A stretch of DNA of 64,000 nucleotides from Sphagnum compactum. Lineage: Eukaryota. The DNA lies in contig OZ234493.1 in the NCBI GenBank assembly GCA_965153455.1, positions 62,001 through 126,000 of the forward strand. The letters are read 5' to 3'. Each line of letters starts with the position of its first letter. The stretch's first letter is position 1. The notes under the pieces are model-generated. The model worked only from the letters and a program-made list of their open reading frames with translations, searched no databases and had not been told where the DNA came from. Positions 10,592 to 20,880 of this stretch are shown piece by piece. The translations under genes were made by a program, and so were the position numbers.

Positions 10592-12634
10592 TCACAAGCT
10601 TTTGCGCCACTCATGCATTTGAAGTTGGCATTCCATAAGCTGATCAGTGAAAAATTGTGTGTTTTCCTCATGTACTTGTACTCTTGGGACATGAGAATTT
10701 GATGCCCTAACAGCTTGTGGTGTAGTAGTCTCCTCCCCCCTCGCCAACAAGGTGCGTTCTTCTTCCATGTTGAGATGACGAAAAGATTGTGGCATGACTG
10801 CTCGAGCTCCTCTAGCCCTAGTAATAGGACTTGAGCCAGATGTGAATCCATCAGTCTGAATTACCTGCCTAGTGGCAGAAACTCTAGGTGCCACACTAGC
10901 TTCTTGTGCCGCGACATAAGAAGGGCAAAAAGAAGTAGCCAATTCTGGTGTGAGACTAGAATTGTGTGGAGTGGAAAGAACATACTCCCCAACCATTGCA
11001 TCGTGTGGAAGGCCATAGAACGACCTAGGAGGTCCCTCGCGTGATCCCGAACCTTGTATAGGTTGGGCATGACTAGCTGGTTGGGAGGACTTGCCCTTTA
11101 GATTAGCAAGTTGGGCCCTCAATGATTCAAGTTCATTTTGTAAAGTCTGAACTTGAATTGCATGGGCTTGAAACACCTCCCTCTTATCAGCATTTTGCTC
11201 CTTCTTCTTAGCATTCTTGTTGGAATTATTCTTGGTGGGCAAAGCCTGAGTGGAAGGCTGAGGTGCCTTGGCTTTTGGTTGACGGACAGCGGAAGATGCT
11301 GGCAGATTTTGTCATTGTAATCGGAGTTGCTTCCGCTCTGGGAACTTGGCAAAACAGACAGATTCATGATGTCCCTCTTTCCCACAATAATCACAAAAGA
11401 GATCCTCGGAAGGAATGTTACACTCACTAGCTTTGTGGGCAGGATTGCCACAGTAGTTGCAAGAAGGTAGGATGGGTGTAGCCGAGTGCACCGCTTTAGT
11501 CCTTGAAGAAGAATGCGATGATCTAGTTGGCGTAGCTGGTGTAGGTTGAGGCCTTGAACGTGATGGAGGCCTCATAGTACTGGCCTCATAGTGTGCATGA
11601 GCCAGTTCTAGCTTTTCGGAAATGTTGTACACATCCAACAAAGTGTACGAGTCTCCAAATTCTACAAAGACACGTTGCAAAACCTGCGCGTGCAGTGTTG
11701 GAGTACCTTCCAACGAACGAAGATACCGATGGGCAGCTTCTAGGTCTGTGATGCTCTGGGTATCCTCTTTGAGTTTGAGAAGCCTCCTGTAAAGCATCTT
11801 GAGGGTTTCATCCTTTTGCCGCGAAAAAGTGGCGAGCTGTAGAATTTTTTCAGAACTTTTGACTGGAAATTCCAGCTCAAGAATTCGAAAGAATTCCCCC
11901 ACTGGATCAACAAAAGCTGGCACATCAATGGTGGGAGGAATGTTTGCAGTAGCAGCAATGAGTTGTTCAAGAGAAAGGTTTACTGAGGTAGGTACCGGGT
12001 CTGGATTATTCAGCACAGTCCCGTGATGTGCAATTGCAGCTTGCAATGCAGCTTGAGAGGCGGTGGCGATGGCTATGGCGTAAGCTGGATTAGGAGCTTG
12101 GGTGACACCCAAAATCCTTGCAGAATGTTGCTCGTAGACATCCAATGCCTCATAATGCACATAACGAGCCAATTGCTTAAATGCAAACGCTTTGGTGTAA
12201 TTAGCACCATACTTCAGCTCCAATTCACAGACCACTGTTGGGAAAGTTTCCTTGAACTCGCTCAACGAAATAGTACCTGGCCTTCCGCTGAACTTCTCTA
12301 TTCTCCCAGAGGAATTGCTGACCTCCATGGTGTATATAGGTGTTGAAGTCACAGCTCGCAACGGAGTATACGGTGATGGTGCGAAAGTAGGTGCAGCAAC
12401 AGGTGTACCCCACTGATTGACCCCTCCAAATGGACTTTGATGTACTGTTGATGTAATGTAACCTGAACCTAAATTCCTAATAGGAGTAGTACTAGATGAC
12501 GATGGTGCTATGGGTGCTTGATGGTACCAACGTGAAGATTGTGAACTCAAAGATATTGGTTCAAAAGGTTGTGGGTTACTTCGTAACTGCCTTGGTTCTC
12601 GATGAGTAGTAGTACTTTCATCATCCGAGGTCAT
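10592..12634 (-). pseudogene. gag: Gag of the methyltransferase element with two CCHC zinc knuckles (one internal stop)
   Basis: Probable start MTSDDES at 12634. Gag-like RQKDETLKMLYRRL. Knuckles CNYCGNPAHKASEC and CDYCGKEGHHESVC. The TGA at 11312 is in frame with ORF 10592-11242. Confidence 0.85.
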
Positions 12635-12779
12635 GGTGTTGTCCCATGCCCCAAAATTTTGTACTAATATAATCCCCCAATTACAAAATCCTAACACAAT
12701 GTATGGTTTGAATCTCCCTAATTGCAGGACGATAGTATGGTAAAATGCAGCAAGATAAACTTCAAGACACAAGACCACA

Positions 12780-13740
12780 CGATGCACGACCACAGTGCGC
12801 AGAACACAGGAAACAGGACTGCAGTACAATACTACGCAGGACGGTACTACACAGGATGGCAATACGCAGTACGGCGGTACGCAGCACGACATGACGCAAG
12901 ACGATAAATACGGTGATGTCAGCAGTGACGTAGGCAGGACGCAGGACGGTAGTACGGTGATGTCAGCAGTGATGTAGGCAGGACGCAGGATGGCAGCACG
13001 ATGACGTCAACAGTGACGTAGGACAATCCGACGAACGTCGGACGGAAGTTGAACGCACGGAACTTGAACGAATCGTCTGACGAGAGTCCGACGAAAGTCG
13101 GACGGACGTAAAACGGACCAAGGTCGCAGCGATGGCGCTGCAGCTCGCAACATTGCGACGCTACGTTGTTGCTGCTACAGTGCTCCTACGGCAGCGATGA
13201 CGTTGTTGCAACGTTGCTGTTGCGGCGTTGCTGTTGCGGCGCTGCTGCGCTGTTGCTGCGACGCTAGTGCTCCAGCGATGGCGCTGTGGCACTGTTGTTA
13301 CGGCCTTGAAGCTACGGCGCTACTGCTGCAGCTGCGACGCTACGGCACTATTGCTGCGGCGCTGCGGCGCTATTGTTGCGGCGCTATTACTACAGCGATG
13401 GCGTTGTGGCGCTGTTGCTGCAGCGATGGCGTTGCGGCGCTGTTGCTGCAGCGATGGCGCTGCGCCGCTGTTGCTGCAGCGATGGCGCTGCGCCGCTGTT
13501 GCTGCAGCGATGGCGTTGCGCCGCTGTTACTGCGGTGCTTCTGTTGCTGCGGTGCTGCTGTTGCAGCGATGGCGCTGCGGCGCTGTTGCTGCGGTGCTGC
13601 TGTTGCTGCGGTGCTGCTGTTGCAGCGATGGCGCTGCGGCACTGTTGCTGCGGCACTGCTGCTACAGCGATGGCGAGGGGCGCTAGAGCTCGCGGCAACG
13701 GCAGCGCTGGGATGCTGCGCAGTGATGGCAGGCGGCGGAC
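12780..13740. repeat. GC-rich tandem repeats in the 5' leader of the methyltransferase element
   Basis: ~27-bp unit GCAGCGATGGCGCTGCG(G/C)CGCTGTTGCT repeated over ~13130-13740. GCAGGACG / GTGATGTCAGCAGTGA repeats and TCCGACGAA.GTCGGA palindromes over 12780-13110. Confidence 0.85.
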
Positions 13741-14168
13741 GTCGCGATTTTTGTTTTTACTCGACAACTTCAAGGGAAAAAAAGAGAGAAAGGAGAGAAA
13801 TTCAAAACTTGTTTCCCGGCTCTATTGGTTGGCATAAGACAAGCTCGTTCTTGTAACAATGCCTACTCCCTTCGACAGTAGCAACCCCAACACCCTCCGG
13901 CAGCAGTACCACCAACAGTAGCAACAATAGCAACAACAACAATAACTCCAGAACTTACAAGCAAAAGAAATCTGTGGTTTACACATGAAGCACAGAAAGT
14001 GGAGTTTTTCTAGAATTGAAATGAATTGCAAAGAACTAATGAAGGTGTATGTAGACGGTGGCCGTGTAGTAACCACTGTGAGCATCTAGAAAATCCAAGT
14101 AAACTATGGAGGCAACTCTCATACAAAGGAATTCTAGAAAAACTAAAGGATAAGGGAAGGGCTTGGCC

Positions 14169-14176
14169 CTTTTATA
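14169..14176 (-). promoter_or_regulatory. Putative TATA box of the methyltransferase element
   Basis: TATAAAAG on the minus strand ~150 bp inside the 5' terminus, followed by a pyrimidine-rich stretch. Confidence 0.5.
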
Positions 14177-14460
14177 CAGCCACCAAAAGCTGAAACCCTG
14201 AACACCTAATAGCGTACAGTCACTTAAGAACGTACGTTAACCCTACAACCGTACATTAACCCTAAAAGGTATGACGGCATGCCCGTAACCGGGCATCATG
14301 TATGCGGCCATGCATACGGGCATGACAGTTCCTCCCCAATTGAATCTGGCGGGGCTACTAGGTCTTTGACGGGCTCCTCGGAACTAGGCTCTGGAGCTAG
14401 CTTCCGATTCTTCTTGGGTGCCATCCCAAACTCCCAAGAAGTACTTGAGCTTCACCTTGA

Positions 14461-14472
14461 GCTCTGATACCA
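14461..14472 (-). promoter_or_regulatory. PBS (tRNA-iMet) of copy B
   Basis: TGGTATCAGAGC on the minus strand next to the LTR end at 14475. Confidence 0.92.
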
Positions 14473-14474
14473 CG

Positions 14475-14974
14475 TGACACGCTCCTAAGTCCCTTGTTGA
14501 ACCCACTTGAGGGTTCAATTATATAGAGTTGCGGAAAATTGGGACTTGGGGCCGTTCCCGACTTCCAACACTAGAAAGGGTTAGAGGGGCGTGCTAGAAG
14601 TCCCAGGATTAGACTAGGAAGAGGACAAGCGTTTCACCTACTCAAATCTGCATCAGAACCAACCCTAAGTTGGTTAGAATCCATTCTGCACCTTTTTGGT
14701 GCTAGGACAAGCCACGGGCTAACTCGGACTCACTTGACTCACCACGGCCCGGACTCGGGGGAAGCCACCACCTTCCCCCATATAGTATTCTCTACAGCTC
14801 GCCCCCAAGGCTACATCCAAATGGCACATTTTGTTGGGACTCCCGAAATGGAGTCCCGAAACTGTCCCGGCTAGACTCCATGAACTTTGAACGGCCATAA
14901 CTCCCGACTGCAGAGTCCGATCACGACGAGGTCTGAACCAAAGTTGTAGCCCTCGTCGAGATCTTTCCAACGCC
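14475..14974 (-). repeat. 5' LTR of copy B, 5'-truncated
   Basis: Homologous to the other LTRs. Breaks off at TCCAACGCC where it abuts the oppositely oriented LTR of element A. Confidence 0.88.
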
Positions 14975-14975
14975 T

Positions 14976-15578
14976 TGGGCAAAAGAAGGGCTGGGAGTCA
15001 AACTGGCAGTTTGACTCCCGACCACTAAAAGTCGGGAATCGAACCTTTCCCGACGTCGCCTCAAAGACTGCAACATGGTGTTAGAAAGATCTCGACGAGG
15101 GCTACAACTTTGGTTTAGACCTCGTTGCGATCGGACTTTGCAGTCGGGAGTTATGGCTGTTCAAAGTTCCGAGAGTCCCGCCGGGACAGTTTCGGGACTC
15201 CATTTCGGGAGTCCCAACAAAATGTGCCATTTGGATGTAGCCTCAGCGGCGAGCTGCAGAGAATACTATATGGGGGAAGGTGGTGGCTTCCCCCGAGTCC
15301 GGGCCGTGGTGAGTCTTGTGTGTCCAAGTGCCCGTGGCTTGTCCCAACACCAAAGGGTGTCTCGAATGCTAAACTAACCTCTTGTGGTTGGTTTTTGGAT
15401 GCAGATTCACACAAGCTAAGCTAGTCCCTCTTCGTAGTCTAATCCCTGGGCTCCCAACTCGACCCTCTACCCCTCTTTAGAGTTGGAAGCCGGGAGCGTG
15501 CCTTTCGGTCCTAACTTTCCGCTACTTCACATTGGTGAACCCTCAAGTGGGTTCACCCCGGGACCAAGGAGCGCGTCA
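14976..15578 (+). repeat. 5' LTR of element A (first ~215 bp missing)
   Basis: Direct repeat of ~21097-21691, ends GCGCGTCA. Confidence 0.92.
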
Positions 15579-15580
15579 CG

Positions 15581-15592
15581 TGGTATCAGAGC
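15581..15592 (+). promoter_or_regulatory. PBS (tRNA-iMet) of element A
   Basis: TGGTATCAGAGC 2 nt after the LTR. Confidence 0.93.
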
Positions 15593-15620
15593 TCAAGGTG
15601 AAGCTCAACTACTTTTTGGG

Positions 15621-18600
15621 ATGGCACCCAAGAAGAACCGGAAGCTATCTCCAGAGCCTAGGTCCGAGGAGCCTGTCGAAGATCTAGTAGCCCCGCCGGA
15701 ATCAATTGGGGAGGAACCAAATTTCCGGGAGGACCAAGATGAGCCCGAGGTTGAACCCGAAAGTGAGGAGGAACAACGGAGCTCGGTCCTATTCACCCCG
15801 GAGCAACTTGAAGTCCTCCTCAAGATGAATAGGCCGGACTTTGGTGAGTTGGTGGCGGCCCTCAAAACGGAGACCTCTAAAGGTGAAAGGTTTCAACCGA
15901 CCAAGCCCGGAAATTTCAATGGTGCCCGAGACCGGAAGGTTGTGGATGCTTGGCTTGCGGAGATGGACGATTATATCCATGCCGCCAAGGTTGGACGGAA
16001 TTTCGCCGTGGAGCTTGCCCAATCCTACTTGAAAGGCTATGCCGCCACATGGTGGCGGACGGTGAGACAAGAGGAGGGGACGAACCATGGCTATACGTGG
16101 GAGTTTTTCAAGGATCGCATTGAGGCGGAGTTCATTCCGAGAAATTCTGACTACATCTCAAGGTGTAAACTCCGTGACCTTGTGAATGCCACAAATGAAA
16201 ATTTGAGGCAATATGTGAGGGCCTATTCTGAGCTCATGCTTGAGATTCGACACATGCACGAGTTGGATCATGTGTGCCAATTCCTGATGGGGCTTCCAAC
16301 TTGGGCCAAGCGGAAGCTTGAGGAGAGTTGGCCCGCCTCATTATCCGAAGCCATCACGAAAGTGGAGAACTTCTCGGATGTGAGGCGGAGTGACAAATCC
16401 GCGTTCAAGAAGGACAACAAGTTCCTTCACAAAAAGCCAAGGCATGAGGGGGAATGGAACCGGGGGCAAGGTAGCCCAACCAAGGAAAAGCCCAAACAAT
16501 TCCAAGGCTCGGTGTTCAAGCCAAAAGGTAGTTTTGTGAAAAAAGGGGCCCCTTTCAAAGGGAGCCAAACCAAGGGAAATTTTGGAAACAAACCCAAGGG
16601 TGCATGTTTCAATTGCAACCAGGTGGGGCATTACTCCAAAGATTGTCCCAAGTCCAAGACAAGGGTTGGGAGCTCTAAGGTACTTGCTCTCAATGCCACT
16701 TTAGCCCAACCGGAATGCAATCGACTTATATTCTTGAAGGGGAAGATTGCTAAGCGGGAAATTTTGTCTTTTGGACACAGGGGCCTCTCACAACTTCATA
16801 ACTGGGGAGAGCGCCGAGAGAATGGAGCTCCACTTGGAAGAGCTCACGGCACCCATTGAGGTGCACTTCGCGGATGGGGTTCCCCATCCAACTACGTTAC
16901 AAGCAAAGGGAGCACCTCTCCAATTGGGAAATTGGAGAGGAAAGGTGGACTTGTTGGTTTCCACCTTGGGTGGAATGGATTGCGTTCTAGGAATGGAGTT
17001 CATCACCCAAAACAATGTGCTCATAGAAGGGCACAATAGGTTGGTTAGAATCCCATCTAAAAGTGGGATTGTGCGAGTCAAGGCACATGAGTTGCCTTGT
17101 GTGGGTGGTCCAACCATCCACTTTATGTTAGGAAAAGCTTGGGAAAGAGAATGCGTGGGAGGTTTTGGCATGATGTGTGTCATGCGGGTGTTGGATGAAT
17201 ATGAGCCCAAGGAAGCCACCAAGTTGGTGACTTCCGCCAAGTGCATAAAGCAAGTCTTACAACAGTTCCCGGATGTGATGCCCGAAGAATTGCCCGAAGA
17301 CTTGCCCCCGAGAAGACGAGTTGATCATGCGATTGAAGTGATACTGGGAGTGGAACCACCCGCCAAGGCCCCATATAGAATGAGCCACGAGGAGTTAAAA
17401 GAACTCAAGGTTTAACTTGAGGAACTCCTCGCAAAAGGTTACATCAAACCAAGCAAGTCGCCATATGGGGCACCCGTCCTTTTTGTTCACAAGAAGGATG
17501 GGACTTTGAGGATGTGTGTTGATTATAGAGCACTCGACAAGGCAACGGTGAAAAATCGGTATCCTTTACCTCGCATTAATGATCTCTTTGATCATCTCTC
17601 GGGAACCAAGGTTTTTAGTAAAATTGATCTACGTTCAGGGTATTACCAAATAAGGATCGCGGAAGGGGATGAAGAAAAGACCGCTTGTCGCACAAGGTAT
17701 GGTTCATATGAATTCTTGGTGATGCCCTTTAGGCTCACCAATGCGCCCGCCACATTTTGCACTCTCATGAATGACATTTTCCGCGAATGGCTTGATGATT
17801 TTGTGGTCGTCTACATAGACGACATTTTGATTTATAGTAGCTCCATGGAGGAGCATGCGGAGCACCTTCGCAAGGTGTTCCAAAGGCTAAGGGAAATAAG
17901 TTGTATGCCAAGCTCGAGAAGTGCGAATTTGGGGTGACGAAAGTGGATTTCCTTGGGCATAGGATAACTCAAGAAGGTTTGATGATGGATGATCACAAGG
18001 TCAAGGCAATTTTGGATTACGAGCCGCCTAAGTCGATTCTCGCCTTGAGATCCTTTTTAGGATTGGCCTCCTATTATCGCAAGTTCATAAAGAACTTTGC
18101 GAGAATAGCAGCCCCTTTGACAAACCTCTTGAAGAAGTCCGCCGTCACCTACGATTGGGATGAAGCATGTAACGAAGCCTTTGAGACATTGAAAGGCATT
18201 TTGGTGAAGGCGCCGGTGTTAAAGTTGCCCGACTTTGACAAGGACTTTGAAATCCATTCCGACGCCTCCGACTTTGCAATTGGAGGTGTCATAGTGCAAG
18301 ATGGAAGACCGGTGGCCTTTGAAAGCAAGAAGTTGAGTGAAACGGAAAGAAGATGGCCAACACACGAGAAGAAAATGTGGGCGGTCATACATTGTCTCAA
18401 GACTTGGGGCCACTACATAGGCTCCAAAGATGTAGTGATGTGGACCGACAATGTGACCTTGAAATACTTCTCCACTCAACCCAAGTTGTCATCGAAGCAA
18501 GTAAGGTGGCAAGACACATTGGCTTTGTTCAATGTGGACATCCGGCACAAGCCGGGAAAGGAGAACATAGTCCCCGATGCCTTGAGCCGGAAACACCAAC

Positions 18601-20099
18601 TTAGAGTGGTGTATGTGGGAGAGTCGAAACTTCAAAAGGAAGTTAGACTAGCGAACCGCCGGGATGCTTTTGCCAAGGAGGTAAGACAAAGCATCCAAAA
18701 TGGAGCCAAGTCCCACTTCCATTTGAGAAATGGATTATTGTGGTACAAACAAAATCGACTCTATGTGCCGGAAGGGAAGATGCGAGACACACTTTTGAAG
18801 GAATGTCATGATGGGCTGCTTGCGGGCCATGGTGGTGCAAAGCGCACCACAACATTCTTAAAGAAGTCCTACTATTGGCCCAACTTGAAGGATGATGCGG
18901 AGGAGTACGTGAAGACTTGTTTAACTTGTCAACAAAACTGGACCCTCAACAAGAAGTAAGCGGGTTTGTTGCAACCTTTGCCAATTCCCGAAGGGCCGTG
19001 GGAAAGTGTGTCAATGGACTTTATGGTAAGTTTGCCCCCTTCAAAGGGGTTTGATGCCATCATGGTTGTGGTGGATCGATTTAGCAAAATGGCACACTTC
19101 ATTCCCACAAAGGATGAAGCCACGGCTCAAGAGACGGGGAGGTTGTTCTTCTCCCACATTTTCAAGCATCATGGCCTTCCAAAGGACATAGTGTCGGATC
19201 GAGACCCAAAGTTTACAAGTAAGTTTTGGCAGGCCTTGTGGAAGCGAATGGGGTCGGAACTCAAGATGAGCACTTCGTTCCGTCCCCAAACCGATGGACA
19301 AACCGAGAGGGTGAACTTGGTGATCCAACAATTCCTAAGGAATTATGTGGCAACAGATCAACAAGATTGGGTGGACCATTTGGAGTTAGCCGAGTTTTGT
19401 TACAACAACTCGGTACACTCCGCAACTGGGTCCACCCCATTCCAAATGGTGACGGGCAAGTCACCAATTGTGCCCATGACTTGGGCAGCACAAGGACAAC
19501 CTTCGATTGATGCAAATGAGGAAGTGCCAATAGTGACGCAACTTGATGAAGAGAGGAAGCGCTTGTGGGAGTTGGCCAAGGCCAACTTAGAAAAGGCGCA
19601 CAAAAGGTACAAGGATTTTGCGGACAAGTCCCGACGAGAGGTGAAGTTTCAAGAGGGAGACGAGGTGTGGTTGAACATCAAGAATTTTAGGTTGCCGGAA
19701 GGTTTAAGTCATAAGTTTTTGGGCCCATATGCGGGGCCATTCAAAGTGTTGGAAAAGAAACTTTCTGACACTTATAAGTTAGAACTTCCGGAAAACCTTA
19801 GAGTTCATCCCACATTTCATGTGTCTCTTTTGAAGCCGGTCGCCCGCGATGCCTCAAAGCCTAATCGAGAGCAAAATTCAAGGCCTCCACCGGACTTGGT
19901 TCACAATGAACCAGAGTTTGAGGTTGAGGCCGTGCTCAAATCAAGGCAACTTAGAGGGCGAGAACGGGAATACTTAGTTAAGTGGAAAGGCTACCATGCA
20001 ATAGAGGCATCTTGGGTGAATGAATCCGACATGGAACATGCCCAAGAAGCCATAGAAGAATTCCACACTAGACCGGCAAAGAAGAGACGTAGAGCGTGA
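15621..20099 (+). pseudogene. gag-pol of element A: Gag-CCHC-PR-RT-RH-INT-chromodomain
   Basis: CFNCNQVGHYSKDC, LDTGASHNF, YIDD, SDASD, SMDF..SDRD..ERVN, GPY/F, FEVEAVL..YLVKWKGY..SW. Frameshifts near 16765 and 17895, TAA stops at 17413 and 18957. Confidence 0.93.
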
Positions 20100-20868
20100 T
20101 GAGGACATCACCTTTATTTTAGTGGGGCGGAATCCCGTATAAAATGTACCACATCAAGTTGCAAGTGAAATAAAAAGGGCTTTAAAACTTCCAAGAGATT
20201 GTATCATGAAAAATTTGTTAAGGCAAATAGGGTTGTGGCATGGGACAAATGGAACTTTCTTGCGTAGGCCCAAATCAAAATCGGACTCCTACTTTGGGGT
20301 TGAGGAAACTTGGCCCCAAAAGAAGAGGCAAGCAAGGTGAGCTTGCGAAGACATGCACATGCCTTAAGTGCATCCCAAAAGGTTGGTTGGTAGTGTGGCC
20401 AACGCGGAAGTCATGACCCCGCTCGCATACTTTAAGTGTAGTTTGGGACTTGGGTTTGGCAAACCCAAATGTTGCTTCTCGTACCTTGATAAGCAAACCT
20501 TTTAGTTAAGGCTTGGTTGTTATGACCAAGGCGCGGGATAGGAAAAGGAGTCATGTCAAATAGCTTAGGTCAAGAGTAGACTTGACTTAAGTCCTCATGA
20601 GGGGAAGAAATGGAAAAAATTCCTCCCAAATGAGGGCTTCGTCAATTATGCTAGTTTAGTCTTTTGACGAAGCATGGGAAGAGGGTTTTCCACAAGACCC
20701 TCTTGGACTTGTCAAGAAAGTGTTGGAATCTTGGGGACGCCTAAGTTAGCTTGAGACAAGGTCCAAGCCGCAAAGAGTCGACAAATGGCCAAGGATCCGG
20801 AAGAAAGCAATTGCAATTGTATGAAGGAAAATTCTAAATGTCAATGAGGACATTGACCTCTTTCTTCT

Positions 20869-20880
20869 AGTGGGGGAGAG
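20869..20880 (+). promoter_or_regulatory. Polypurine tract of element A
   Basis: AGTGGGGGAGAG immediately before the TGTCGCAACC start of the 3' LTR. Confidence 0.85.

Larger units (their letters stand above)
5229..10610 (-). pseudogene. pol: Pol polyprotein PR-DNMT-RT-RNaseH-INT-PHD in one reading frame with seven internal stops
   Basis: ORFs 9417-10610, 7647-9410, 5922-7640 and 5376-5624 share one frame. Motifs: LLDTGAQ (PR), RMCGDYRPLN / MPFGLKNAP / YIDD at 7590-7601 (RT), HTDWS..YASR..EGECLAVVWA (RH), H..GHFG..CEQC and SCDL..TDQGSEF..AERMVQ (INT). Final TGA at 5229-5231. Confidence 0.92.
5003..14327 (-). mobile_element. Ty3/Gypsy-like retroelement encoding a C5 DNA methyltransferase and a PHD finger; TG...CA ends, 4-bp TSD GTTC, no visible LTRs
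   Basis: Host gag sequence gaaatttg-GTTC-ctcccc (intact at 2582-2599) is split, with GTTC at 4999-5002 and 14328-14331. Ends are TGTCGTG and CATGACA. Internal order is gag-PR-DNMT-RT-RH-INT-PHD. Confidence 0.92.
3556..14974 (-). mobile_element. Chromovirus copy B (partial 5' LTR, PBS, gag-protease), split by the 9.3-kb methyltransferase element and cut by copy C
   Basis: LTR 14974->14475, PBS 14461-14472, gag ATG at 14424 running to 14328 and resuming at 5002, then CCHC and protease LLDTGASHNF down to 3556. Confidence 0.88.

Noticed and set aside
12635-12892. N-terminal extension of the 526-aa gag ORF (MSCCVPPYCV...)
   Set aside because: Low-complexity leader repeats. The ATG at 12634 is a more plausible start.
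13197-13856. Several long overlapping Ala/Cys/Arg/Leu-rich ORFs on both strands
   Set aside because: They arise from stop-free GC-rich tandem repeats that are open in most frames, with no protein motif.
14974-14978. CTTGG at the LTR-LTR junction matching the 3' flank of element A (21692-21696) as a possible TSD
   Set aside because: TGG is already LTR A sequence and that LTR is truncated here, so the match is probably coincidental.
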